This document shows positions 22,700-31,700 of a DNA stretch of 60,308 nt, one piece after another. The notes under the pieces were generated by a model. The model worked only from the letters and a program-made list of their open reading frames with translations. It was not told the origin of the DNA and did no database searches. A program made the translations under genes and the position numbers. Every line of letters starts with the position of its first letter. The first letter of the stretch is position 1. This DNA comes from a virus (taxonomy: Duplodnaviria > Heunggongvirae > Uroviricota > Caudoviricetes): the IMG/VR virus record IMGVR_UViG_2923339551_000004. The stretch is one strand, 5' to 3'.

Positions 22700-22920
22700 G
22701 GACAAAAACAGAGAAAGGAAACGACAGAGGCCAAAATGCCCGTTTTCAGCGCCTGTCATTTCCTTTCTTTTCAGGGGGTATTTTAAATAAAAACATAAAG
22801 TTACGGCGAAGAAGAACGGAAATGCCTTAAACCGGAAAATTTCCATAAATAGAGAAAAACTGCGCGCCTGACGCCCCGTAGCCTGTCAGATCGCCGGAAA
22901 GGACCCGCCAGCCAGAGCGG
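22700..22920 (-). other. satellite cos region: lambda-like terminase-binding segment with a divergent cosN
   Basis: ~85-90% identity by eye to helper cos 38060..38290 over the terminase-binding segment; the cosN-equivalent 12-mer (22865..22876, cgcctgacgccc) differs from the helper (aggtcgccgccc) at 5 positions. Confidence 0.75.
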
Positions 22921-22932
22921 GCCCTAATTTCA

Positions 22933-23316
22933 TCAACCAATCAGCTTATAGCGACCATCCCGTGCATTGCGGCGTACACGCTCAATCTTGAGGCATAGCG
23001 CCGCATCTGGCTTTTTTGGGACAGGTACGCGGCAATATTCAGAAGCGCGAGGAATATTATTTATCCAGTCGATCACTTCACTTAAATACCAGGCCTTACG
23101 CCCTTCCGTAACCTGCACACGCTCCGGGAACTCTCCACTAGCCTCAAGGTTTAGCAGTGTACGCCGACTCAGGGTTGTAATTTCCATCACCTGATTCATA
23201 TCAACAAGGCGCTCGCTTAAACACATTTTGTCAGCGATAGCTTTTAATTCCTCTACAGCTGGATTCGGGTACATCATTTCGGCAATTGGCTTAAGGTCAT
23301 TGTAATCATTCTGCAT
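22933..23316 (-). CDS. AlpA-like HTH DNA-binding protein
   Basis: Central segment MEITTLSRRTLLNLEASGEFPERVQVTEGRKAWYLSEVIDWI resembles AlpA/Xis-type HTH; start uncertain. Confidence 0.55.
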   Translation of the reverse strand: MQNDYNDLKPIAEMMYPNPAVEELKAIADKMCLSERLVDMNQVMEITTLSRRTLLNLEASGEFPERVQVTEGRKAWYLSEVIDWINNIPRASEYCRVPVPKKPDAALCLKIERVRRNARDGRYKLIG

Positions 23317-23327
23317 TGTATCCCCCT

Positions 23328-23669
23328 TTACACACGAGCCAGCGGCTGAACAGAAATACCTGAGCCAACAAACGCGGCAACCTTTGCCGACAGTTCTCTT
23401 ACAGACTCAGGCCAGTTCAGAGCATCAACATTTAAAACACCTGTCTTATAAACCTGTGCCTGTGTTTTTTTCGCTGTGTCGATTTGTACAGCGGAAACAT
23501 AAACCGCTTTGCCTGCGCTCGTTCCATCCCATACCACTAGCGCACCAGTTGCATCTTCCTGCATCAGTGGCGTAAACGCAGGTATTACCCCTTTATTGGC
23601 TGAAAATATCCCCAGCGTAGTAACCAGTGCTTCAGTGCCAGACATGAGTTCAGTGTAATGAGTAGCCAT
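23328..23669 (-). CDS. head decoration protein D homolog (divergent), satellite-encoded
   Basis: 113 aa; recognisable similarity to lambda D (VVWDGTSAGKAV versus [13 protein letters not shown]), far more diverged than the helper D at 32164..32496. Confidence 0.7.
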   Translation of the reverse strand: MATHYTELMSGTEALVTTLGIFSANKGVIPAFTPLMQEDATGALVVWDGTSAGKAVYVSAVQIDTAKKTQAQVYKTGVLNVDALNWPESVRELSAKVAAFVGSGISVQPLARV

Positions 23670-23678
23670 TGCTCCCCC

Positions 23679-24719
23679 TTAGCCAATGCGAACGGTAACA
23701 AAACGATTGATGCGGGCCGGTATTGGCTGTGGTGCTGAATGTGTCTGCACATATTCAATAGCCGGATCACCAGGCACAATATAGTTTTTCGGTGCAAGTT
23801 CGGCTTTAGTCAGCCCCATTCGGATTAGCTCCGGATCCTGAATACCGCCATAGGCGACAATCCCCTGAAGAGCCGTATTGCCAAGCACCATCAAATCAGG
23901 ATCAAGGAAATGTTTTTCAGTTCCGTCCTCGTCGGTATAACGCCCGCTGTATACAACAATCGCAACATCGCCCATATACCCTTTAAAACTCACCGAATCA
24001 CCAAGGTCTTTAAGGGCCGTTTCCAGTTCGGAATTAGAACCACGACGGGTATCCAGAGCCTCTTTTATCGCTCTGAATGAACGGTATTTCTTCCATACAT
24101 TACCGCCCATAATGATGATATTAGTGACGCCCTCACTAAATTCTGCGTAGCTCTCAATATCATCATTTGGATCAAAAGTTTCTTTATCCTTACCTGACCA
24201 CTCAGCACCGCCAGACTGAGTGATGATATTTTGTGGTTTAATATTCCAGTCCAGCTCATAACGTTCAATACCATCGCCCTCAATGATATTTTTCCCCGTT
24301 GTGATTGCCTGAACGGCAAGCCATTCAATACGTGCACGAATAGCTTTAGCCTGATTTACAATCGCCTGTTTAACTTTAATATTACGCGCTCCAAAAGCAT
24401 TGTATTGCTCAGGTGATACACCAGCAGGGCGCACAGCTAACTTATTTGGATCAATGCTGCTTTTCGGCTTCATATAGCCTGGACGAATTGTTTTTGATTC
24501 GTACCCTTCGTCACGTGAAACTTTACTACCCACCATAGGAGAACAAAACGCTGCAATTGGGATATTTGGATCGTCGATTGTATCAAGAATAATATCGCGC
24601 GATTCAAACATTACCGAGCGAGTAAAAAACAAACTGGTAAACAACGCATTTAGTTGTTTTTGTACATCTACAGCATTAACCACCTGTACAAGCTGGGTAG
24701 GCGAATATAAATCAACCAT
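23679..24719 (-). CDS. major capsid protein E homolog (divergent), satellite-encoded
   Basis: About half the positions shared with lambda E over the C-terminal part (TRRGSNSELETALKDLG, GDVAIVVYSG); start at ATG 24719 with aagagg RBS (track ORF begins 24893). Confidence 0.8.
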   Translation of the reverse strand: MVDLYSPTQLVQVVNAVDVQKQLNALFTSLFFTRSVMFESRDIILDTIDDPNIPIAAFCSPMVGSKVSRDEGYESKTIRPGYMKPKSSIDPNKLAVRPAGVSPEQYNAFGARNIKVKQAIVNQAKAIRARIEWLAVQAITTGKNIIEGDGIERYELDWNIKPQNIITQSGGAEWSGKDKETFDPNDDIESYAEFSEGVTNIIIMGGNVWKKYRSFRAIKEALDTRRGSNSELETALKDLGDSVSFKGYMGDVAIVVYSGRYTDEDGTEKHFLDPDLMVLGNTALQGIVAYGGIQDPELIRMGLTKAELAPKNYIVPGDPAIEYVQTHSAPQPIPARINRFVTVRIG

Positions 24720-24936
24720 ACGCATCCTCTTTGCATTCATTAAAAATAATTGTGGATATATGCTATCACCGATATTTGTCATGCGAATACATGCAACCGA
24801 GTGCAATGTTGTATAAAGTTTTGGGATGACAACTTCAGCACGGATAATTAGTGTTAATATCTTCACTCCCTTTGGTCTGGATTTATGTAGCATGCCGGAA
24901 AATTTATTTTTTTCCGGCCTTTTTTATTGGCAATAT

Positions 24937-25386
24937 TTAAAGCGGAATATCATCTCCCCATTGCTCATTATCTCCCACTGGTGGATGGCTTCCTTGCTGA
25001 TCTGCCTGTTGTTTTGCTCTGTTCAGTGCGTCAGTAGCCTGCCCCTGTTGGCCTTTTTTGCCGCCCGGTCGCACCGATCGCGCACTGATTACGCTGTCTG
25101 CGATAACCTGCCAGCCCTGCCGCGTTTCACCGTTCTGTCCAGTCCACTGGCTCACCTGCATATTACCCGCCACGCTCAGGAGTTCGCCTTTGTGATGCTT
25201 TGCCAGCGTGTCGGCTTGTCTGCCAAACGCCAGCACAGATAACCACATCGTCGCCGTTCCGTCATCTGCCTGGCTGCATGGCAAAGATACCGCCATCCAT
25301 GCCAGTGTCATGGGTGTTCCCTTGCTGGTATGTTTTACCTGTGGGTCGTCCACCAGCCGCCCGTAAGCTGCTATTTGCGCCGTCAT
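24937..25386 (-). CDS. single-stranded DNA-binding protein-like (SSB-like)
   Basis: 149 aa; OB-fold-like N-terminus, Gly/Gln-rich tail and terminal DDIPL resembling the SSB C-terminal DDDIPF. Confidence 0.6.
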   Translation of the reverse strand: MTAQIAAYGRLVDDPQVKHTSKGTPMTLAWMAVSLPCSQADDGTATMWLSVLAFGRQADTLAKHHKGELLSVAGNMQVSQWTGQNGETRQGWQVIADSVISARSVRPGGKKGQQGQATDALNRAKQQADQQGSHPPVGDNEQWGDDIPL

Positions 25387-25397
25387 GCTGCCTGCTC

Positions 25398-25640
25398 TCA
25401 GGACTTAATATTGATGGTTGTCACTTCCTCCGCTTCGGCAATCTCCCGTTCGGTCAGCGTGGCAAAGTTTGCAGCCGCCGTTGTCATGAATGCGCTTATC
25501 AGTTCGGGATGTGCTTTCGCGTATCCTTCCCCGGCGTTGCGGTCTATTGCCTTAATCGCCACCCTTAGCCAGTGTTCAGCCATATCAAGGGCGCGGTAAT
25601 GTGGCTTTATATGTTTGTTCAGTTTTCCTGATGTGTGCAT
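25398..25640 (-). CDS. hypothetical protein
   Basis: 80 aa ORF between the origin and the SSB-like gene. Confidence 0.4.
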   Translation of the reverse strand: MHTSGKLNKHIKPHYRALDMAEHWLRVAIKAIDRNAGEGYAKAHPELISAFMTTAAANFATLTEREIAEAEEVTTINIKS

Positions 25641-25685
25641 TTTTATTTTTACCCCCTCGTTTAAAAAGTTTTTTGTGCACCACCA

Positions 25686-25918
25686 CCTTGTCTACCTTGT
25701 CTACCTGATTAGTTATCAGGCCAGTAATGGCGCGGGTTTCAGGGAGGTAGACAGCCCCAAATAGCTGTCTACCTCATCTCTACCCGTCTCCTTACCTGTC
25801 TACAAAAATGGGTAGATAAGGTAGATAACAGGTAGACAGTGAAAAATAGTTATCTACCTGCATTAATACATTGAAATAAAAGTATTTTATTTCAGTCAGG
25901 TAGACAAGGTAGATAACC
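25686..25918. repeat. iteron array, putative satellite replication origin
   Basis: At least 11 copies of GGTAGA(C/T)A / T(A/G)TCTACC in both orientations, irregularly spaced, immediately 3' of the primase/helicase gene. Confidence 0.75.
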
Positions 25919-25929
25919 ATTGCCATTTT

Positions 25930-27681
25930 TTATAAAAACGCATCGCAATCATCAGTAGTCGTTGCGTTGGTCTGCGTGACTCCCTTAACTTTTCGAGTAA
26001 TATATTCATATCCGTAAACTTTCGCCGCTGACCTCATAGCCTTTCCGAACTCATTCACGCTCAAACATTTCCCCTTTCCTGTATATGCCATGAAGGCCAT
26101 ATAGACACGGTAAAGGCTGTTTCTGGTCGTGTACTTCACGGTGTCACCACCACCGCCCATCATTAGCCCACGAGCTTCCTCCAGAAACTCCAGCGCCGCG
26201 CAAAGCTCAACAACCGGATCCGTTTGCTGCTTTATTGCCAGAGCTTCATCACCGTCACGCTGTTCCAGTAATAAAGCCCGTGCCTTTTCAGGGTCAGCAA
26301 AATTAGCCAGCAAGCGGCGGATAATTACGGGGATTTCTGCCGCTATCTTTTCCGGTAATTCCTTGTCTTTTTCGTCCTCCCTTACAATGTTGTCGAACCG
26401 GAAAATCACCCGACGGCGTGACACACCTCCGGCCCGTTCGGTAAAGATCATCGGGTCGTTATTGGTTGCCAGTACCACCGCCCTTATTATCGTCGTGAAT
26501 CGCTTCTCATATTTCGGGTTAATTTCAACGGGATCGCCTCCCGTGATTTTCTTGATGCCCGTGCCTTCCCCCGTATATTTCGGCTGATCGGCAAGGACGA
26601 TAAGACGACTCCCGACAACCTGCGCACGCCCTCCTGCATCATCGAGTGATGTCATCTCTGCGCTTACGGTGTTCTGTTTGCCAGCAAGCAGGGTGGCAAT
26701 ATGGGTAAATGTACTCTTACCGCTTCCCCCGTCTCCGGTGGCCTCAATGAACATCTGCCAGTCGTACCGGTTCGCCATAATCATGTACAGCGCGGCACAT
26801 ATACGCATCATCTTGCGCGGGTCTTTTCCGGCTGCGTGCTCAAGCCATTTATGAAAGTTTGGCGCGTTATCGCGGATGTTCTCCCCTGGTGCTGGTGGCG
26901 TGTACTCAATGCCGTTGTGCGTGGTGATCCAGTTCTCCGGCGTGTGCGGGGAAAATTCCCCCGTTTTCAGGTCAAGCGCACCATTGGCGAACGGCAGCAA
27001 ATCGCCGGACGGCTCGCCCATTGGTTCGGCAATAACTTTTAACGCTTCAACGGCGTTATTGATCACGCGTTTGCTGAAAGTGGCCCTGTGCTCTGAATAG
27101 ATCGCCACCATTTCGCGGCTCAGCTCCATTGTGCTGATCGGACACCATACCCCGCCGCGCCATACGTGAACGATTTCACTTTCCGGATGCACACAAACGC
27201 CATCAAAGCGCTCGGCAAGCAGCTGCGCGCGCTCACTGTCTGCCATCTGTGAAAGTTGCGCCTTTTGCTTCGTCGGAAGATTAAGCACCAGGCTTTCCCC
27301 ACGCTCGCATTCCTCTTTGAGTCGCGGCAACTGGTCGGATAAATCCACTGGGCTGGTGTCAGTAATCCCCGCGTATTCGTGTACGGTCTTCACTCCAGCC
27401 ACAGCCAGTAACGTAACAATCTGCGTCATGCTGTGCTCTGTGATATGTCCTGCGCGGTAAACACGCACACACTGACGATCTTCATCAATGATCCGGTAAT
27501 CGGTGATGTTTTTCAGTTGCTCATCAGCCAACACGACAGGCGGCACATCGTCGGCGGCAATATGTTTACCCGCCCATTCCTGCCACTCTTTCGCATGGCT
27601 CCACGCATCACTACCTGCAAAGATGATTATCTCTGTCAGTCTGTCGCGTGGCTGTTTTTTTAAGTTCGGTGCCAGTTTCAT
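25930..27681 (-). CDS. replication protein: primase/helicase (P4 alpha / D5-like SF3 helicase family)
   Basis: 583 aa; Walker A EATGDGGSGKSTF; sits next to the iterons. Confidence 0.75.
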   Translation of the reverse strand: MKLAPNLKKQPRDRLTEIIIFAGSDAWSHAKEWQEWAGKHIAADDVPPVVLADEQLKNITDYRIIDEDRQCVRVYRAGHITEHSMTQIVTLLAVAGVKTVHEYAGITDTSPVDLSDQLPRLKEECERGESLVLNLPTKQKAQLSQMADSERAQLLAERFDGVCVHPESEIVHVWRGGVWCPISTMELSREMVAIYSEHRATFSKRVINNAVEALKVIAEPMGEPSGDLLPFANGALDLKTGEFSPHTPENWITTHNGIEYTPPAPGENIRDNAPNFHKWLEHAAGKDPRKMMRICAALYMIMANRYDWQMFIEATGDGGSGKSTFTHIATLLAGKQNTVSAEMTSLDDAGGRAQVVGSRLIVLADQPKYTGEGTGIKKITGGDPVEINPKYEKRFTTIIRAVVLATNNDPMIFTERAGGVSRRRVIFRFDNIVREDEKDKELPEKIAAEIPVIIRRLLANFADPEKARALLLEQRDGDEALAIKQQTDPVVELCAALEFLEEARGLMMGGGGDTVKYTTRNSLYRVYMAFMAYTGKGKCLSVNEFGKAMRSAAKVYGYEYITRKVKGVTQTNATTTDDCDAFL

Positions 27682-27977
27682 TTTTTGCCCCTGAATGCGT
27701 TAATCATGCTTTTCATTTTCTGGATGTTTCCCCGCGCTTTTTCCCTGCTGATGGGCTTACTACGGGGTGCGGCATATACCAGGGAAAAATCACGCCGGAA
27801 CTGATAAACAGGCATCACGCAGTCATAGCTATACCCCTCACGACGGTAAGTGATGCGCCGTTCTGCCACGCCTTTAATCGTTACCGTGCCGCCGTATTTA
27901 TCGCGGTAAATATCGCCGTTCATAAATTCAGGCCGAGCGGGGCCGCTGGCAATAAAGCCAGAATTTTTCATTTCCAT
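27678..27977 (-). CDS. hypothetical protein (replication-operon small ORF)
   Basis: 99 aa; stop overlaps the primase start (27678..27681). Confidence 0.45.
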   Translation of the reverse strand: MEMKNSGFIASGPARPEFMNGDIYRDKYGGTVTIKGVAERRITYRREGYSYDCVMPVYQFRRDFSLVYAAPRSKPISREKARGNIQKMKSMINAFRGKK

Positions 27978-27994
27978 ATTATTTATTCCTCGAC

Positions 27995-28216
27995 TTAACT
28001 CGACTTATTTGATAGCAGGGCACTATTTATTGCGTCATTGAGTTTTTCTGCTGCTTCATCAATAAGTGACAACAGGCCATAAGCAATATTTGCATCTTCA
28101 TTGTCATTTATGCAATCAAGCCACATATTTAATATTGCTTTTGCTGAATTATTTAAAGTTAATGAACTTTCTGCACATGCTAACAATTTAAAAAAGACTT
28201 CCCGTTCTGTATTCAT
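27995..28216 (-). CDS. hypothetical protein
   Basis: 73 aa ORF, AT-rich. Confidence 0.35.
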   Translation of the reverse strand: MNTEREVFFKLLACAESSLTLNNSAKAILNMWLDCINDNEDANIAYGLLSLIDEAAEKLNDAINSALLSNKSS

Positions 28217-28408
28217 TTAATCCCCCACCAGCTTACTTTCTTCCTCAATCAAAAAACTAGCGACACTTCCCGAAAGACGCGCCAGTAGGCTCGCCAGTGC
28301 GGATATATCAGCATCTGTAATTTTGTTCGGGTATACCTCAAGAAGGCGGCAAATAATTTCTGTCTGGTGCGCACGTTCAGCGGCTTCGTGTAATGTGATT
28401 TCCTGCAT
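28217..28408 (-). CDS. hypothetical protein
   Basis: 63 aa ORF abutting neighbours. Confidence 0.35.
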   Translation of the reverse strand: MQEITLHEAAERAHQTEIICRLLEVYPNKITDADISALASLLARLSGSVASFLIEEESKLVGD

Positions 28409-28593
28409 TAATGCACCTCTTTTAATTCATACACTGCTGAAATAATGACTTGTGATAAGCCATATTCTGATGATTCGCTTCTCACCGCAGCAATAGCCGT
28501 CTGAACATTAACAGCCTTCACATTCTGAGCGATACCAATTGTGTGGCCTATTGGGTTAACAGCTCGGGCAAATACACGGAAGGTTTTAAGCAT
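28408..28593 (-). CDS. hypothetical protein
   Basis: 61 aa ORF abutting neighbours. Confidence 0.35.
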   Translation of the reverse strand: MLKTFRVFARAVNPIGHTIGIAQNVKAVNVQTAIAAVRSESSEYGLSQVIISAVYELKEVH

Positions 28594-28787
28594 GACTCAC
28601 TCCCTGGCGGATTTTTGCAGCGAATACAGCAACACAACCGGACGGGCAACGGCTACGCGCTTCGCGTTCCGTCCAGGCGGTTACGTGGATGATTTGAGAT
28701 TCTCCGGCACTCAGTGCCAGAAAACGCCACACAAAGGCCGTTTGTGTGTGTACAAGGTGTGGTATATGATTTACAGCAACCATAACG
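28587..28787 (-). CDS. hypothetical protein, first gene of the leftward satellite operon
   Basis: 66 aa from ATG 28787 with aggag RBS; below the 60-aa track cutoff as a separate ORF because it is embedded in the spurious 28586..29317 frame. Confidence 0.4.
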
Positions 28788-28973
28788 GCTCCTAGTTTAC
28801 GTTGTTGGTTAGACGCCCCGTATGTGTTCCCAGCACTGCGGGGCGTTGCTCTTTGTATTTCAACAATCCTTTCGGTGTGTTTCATGTTATGAGCGCATGA
28901 AACACACGTCAAGGCTTTTTGTATTTCTTTTTTTGTGTATACTGAAACACACCGATGATTAGGAGTTTCAGAA

Positions 28974-29279
28974 ATGGCAACGGCTAACAAAAACGCAAAA
29001 TCACAACTGACAACTGTCAGAGTCCCACTAGATGTTATGCAAGGGATGGAATCCGTTAAGCTGGACGGTGAAAGCAATGCCGGATTTATCGTAACCGCCA
29101 TGCGCGGTGAAATCGCCCGCCGCCAGGCAGAAGGAAGCGGAGAAAATCCCCTCGTGTCTTCACTGGATGCCTTAGCTAAGGTCGAACAAATCGGCATCAA
29201 GGCAGCGGAGGAAATCGGGCAACTCGTAGCCGTCGCTCGTGAAGAACTCCAGCGGCGTAAAGCCAAAGAATCTGAATAA
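28974..29279 (+). CDS. hypothetical protein, divergently transcribed from the replication operon (possible regulator)
   Basis: 101 aa; RBS aggag upstream; divergent arrangement typical of a satellite control region. Confidence 0.45.
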   Translation: MATANKNAKSQLTTVRVPLDVMQGMESVKLDGESNAGFIVTAMRGEIARRQAEGSGENPLVSSLDALAKVEQIGIKAAEEIGQLVAVAREELQRRKAKESE

Positions 29280-29629
29280 TTAGTATCAGCGCCGTGATGT
29301 GAGTAACTACGGCGCATTGCTATGTAAATACTGGCAATAAACAGAAAAGGTAGTTCTACTCCGAATAATTTTATCTGACACTACTCCTGAACTAACATGC
29401 GCTTATCTTACAGGATATAAATATAAATCCATAAAATCACGATTAAATAAAGTCGCTCCAAACATAAACCACACCCAACGCTTAACAAGATAGCAACAAA
29501 CAGGTAAATAACTTGCAGAAATATTTATCGCAAGGATTATCATTATTAATGACAAATCACTTTACCAAGTCATTCCCCTCTCTTATCATAAAGAGAAAGT
29601 AATAAATAAGTTAAGGGAGTTAGAATGCT

Positions 29630-30166
29630 ATGAATCTAAAAAAAATAGCCACAAACACAAAAAACAAGATAACAGAAACATTTAATAAACTTATATTAGA
29701 GGCATCTAAAACCCCCACGCAAGATGAAATTAAAATACTTGAGAGAAGGAGTAAGAAGTTTAATTACTCCTTTTTCTCATACGCAGTCACAGGAGCTATA
29801 ATAGTTTTTTGCTCTCAACCATTAATTAAATACGCAAACCCAATACTTATTTTATTGAGTGGTCTGTTACTGTCTATCATCATTATCATTCTCAGAATGA
29901 TTTATATTTCACAAGCGAATGCATCATGGACAACCAAAAAACGCTCACATGTACTAGTTCATTTTCTTTCTGCATGTTTCATAGCATCAACATTGACGTT
30001 GCTATATCAGGCTTACGATAATAACATCACACACAAATTGTACTGTAAAAATATACAACAACTTATTGAAAAAAGGATAGAAACAGAAAAAAACATCAGC
30101 ATATTCAGTGGGATGCAATGCACCCCGGTATATGATTACTCTTTATTTGGATTTAATCTCTTATAA
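29630..30166 (+). CDS. AT-rich predicted membrane protein
   Basis: 178 aa; two strongly hydrophobic segments (AIIVFCSQPLI, ILILLSGLLLSIIIIILRMIYI); very low GC; aagggag RBS. Confidence 0.5.
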   Translation: MNLKKIATNTKNKITETFNKLILEASKTPTQDEIKILERRSKKFNYSFFSYAVTGAIIVFCSQPLIKYANPILILLSGLLLSIIIIILRMIYISQANASWTTKKRSHVLVHFLSACFIASTLTLLYQAYDNNITHKLYCKNIQQLIEKRIETEKNISIFSGMQCTPVYDYSLFGFNLL

Positions 30167-30235
30167 AGAATGTTATTACTGATTTGAGTACAAATTCTCA
30201 AATCAGTAATTCATAATATTTTATTCTGAGATAAT

Positions 30236-30472
30236 TTAAACTACCCACTCACCTCGAATCCATGCCTGCACTTCTGAAAGACGATATGCAACAGCAGTGG
30301 AACCAATCTTGATCCGCTTAGGAAATTTTCCTTCCTTCTCCAGCTTCCAGCGTGTGCTGTTCGCAAGAGTGGTTAGCTCCCGACATTCTTTCTCACGGAT
30401 CATTCGGTCAATGTTAGGAATGTACTCCAGACCCTTTTTATCAACAATTGCCATTTTTTTCATGTTAACCAA
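30236..30472 (-). CDS. alpA: AlpA-family transcriptional regulator / excisionase-like
   Basis: 78 aa, ...ELTTLANSTRWKLEKEGKFPKRIKIGSTAVAYRLSEVQAWI; directly downstream of the integrase. Confidence 0.7.
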   Translation of the reverse strand: MVNMKKMAIVDKKGLEYIPNIDRMIREKECRELTTLANSTRWKLEKEGKFPKRIKIGSTAVAYRLSEVQAWIRGEWVV

Positions 30473-31700
30473 CCTTTTGTTTGAGGATTGTCACTTTTGA
30501 ATCAGCACCTGCGATGCTATTGAGATATGTAGTCCAGAGTTCCAGAGCATCCAGTTTTTTAGCCATAAACTTACTCCGGTTGTAAACACCTGCCACGCCA
30601 GGTAGCGCATGGCCTAACAGTTGTTCTACTACATAAAATTCAACACCGAGATCACTTAGATGAGTAGATAGCGTTCTTCTAAGGTCGTGTAGTGACCATT
30701 GTTTTTCATGGCCCAAACGTTTACCGATTTTCCCCCCAATCTTGCTTACGCTTTCTCTAATTCGCAGACTTCCCAGCACATAACCAGTATGTTTTGTCTC
30801 TTCGTGAACATCCGTTACCCACTGTCGTAGAATTTCAGGTACTGGTCTGACGATTTCAACACCAGTTTTTGAGTGATCTTTTGGTACAGTCCAAACCCAA
30901 CTTTCGAGATCCCATTCGCTCCATTCTGATAATCGGGCTTCACTCATTCGACATCCAAATACTGTACAAAGCACAAACATTTTTCGCGTGTATTCAGACA
31001 TTAGTTTTAAATCAGGCTCGACAAAAATTGCCTTCCAGAGCTGGCCGAGTTCGGCTTCATCCAGAACCCGATCCCGCTTACCTGCAATCTGCCCCACATC
31101 ACTCATGCGCAAATCCTTTAAAGCATCACACGTCGCGTACTGGCGTACCCGACAAAAACGAAGAGCTAATTTAGTGTCAGAAAAAACATACGCCGCCATA
31201 ACTGGTGCATTACGTTTAATTCGGTCAAAACAGTCCAGCCATTCATATAGGTGAGTGTCATTTACGGGCAAATGACCGATATAGGGAAAGATATGCTTTC
31301 GAAATCTGCCAAGCGTTACAGCATGAGTTTTACGACGCACCTTACAGTAATTTTCATACCAGTAATTTAGTGCATCCTCCACTGTAACCGGCTTTAAGCG
31401 TTCTTCAGCCTGAATCTTAATCTGGATACGCGGATCACGTTTGTCAGCCAACCAACCACGGCACTCGTCGCGCTTTTCCCTTGCCTGTTTGAGTGACATA
31501 TCAGGATATTTACCCAACGTTAGCCAGACCGGAGCAGCCCGGCCACCTGCTAACCTGTAGAAGAAAACAAAGCTCACAGCCCCTTTAGTACTCACACGAA
31601 TAGAAAGCCCCTTTCCATCAGCAATGGTGATCTGCTTTTCTCTGGGTTTCCCCAGATATCCTTTAAGCGCTTTGTCGCTCAGTTTGTTCTCGCCAGCCAT
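30465..31700 (-). CDS. int: tyrosine recombinase / integrase (P4-type), satellite
   Basis: C-terminal catalytic region with HDLRRT and LLGH...Y motifs; start placed at MAGENKL (track ORF extends to 31751); adjacent to the att repeat. Confidence 0.85.
   Translation of the reverse strand: MAGENKLSDKALKGYLGKPREKQITIADGKGLSIRVSTKGAVSFVFFYRLAGGRAAPVWLTLGKYPDMSLKQAREKRDECRGWLADKRDPRIQIKIQAEERLKPVTVEDALNYWYENYCKVRRKTHAVTLGRFRKHIFPYIGHLPVNDTHLYEWLDCFDRIKRNAPVMAAYVFSDTKLALRFCRVRQYATCDALKDLRMSDVGQIAGKRDRVLDEAELGQLWKAIFVEPDLKLMSEYTRKMFVLCTVFGCRMSEARLSEWSEWDLESWVWTVPKDHSKTGVEIVRPVPEILRQWVTDVHEETKHTGYVLGSLRIRESVSKIGGKIGKRLGHEKQWSLHDLRRTLSTHLSDLGVEFYVVEQLLGHALPGVAGVYNRSKFMAKKLDALELWTTYLNSIAGADSKVTILKQKVG

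Noticed and set aside
22690-22930. Second cos-like region as a possible assembly duplication of the helper cos
   Set aside because: Sequence is only ~85-90% identical with specific changes in cosN, and the flanking genes differ completely from the helper cos context, so it is a distinct site.
24894-24930. Hairpin plus T-run between the SSB-like and E-like genes as a terminator
   Set aside because: The T-run follows the hairpin only on the plus strand, whereas both flanking genes are on the minus strand; its function is unclear, so it is not reported as a feature.
25686-25918. Short repeated GGTAGACA-type motifs that could be mistaken for a CRISPR array
   Set aside because: Repeats are 8-9 bp, occur in both orientations with irregular spacing and sit next to a primase/helicase gene; this is an iteron origin, not a CRISPR array, and there are no cas genes.
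28586-29317. 243-aa minus-strand ORF spanning the satellite divergent promoter region
   Set aside because: It overlaps the plus-strand 101-aa gene and the intergenic control region; only its last ~66 codons (28587..28787) have a plausible start and RBS.
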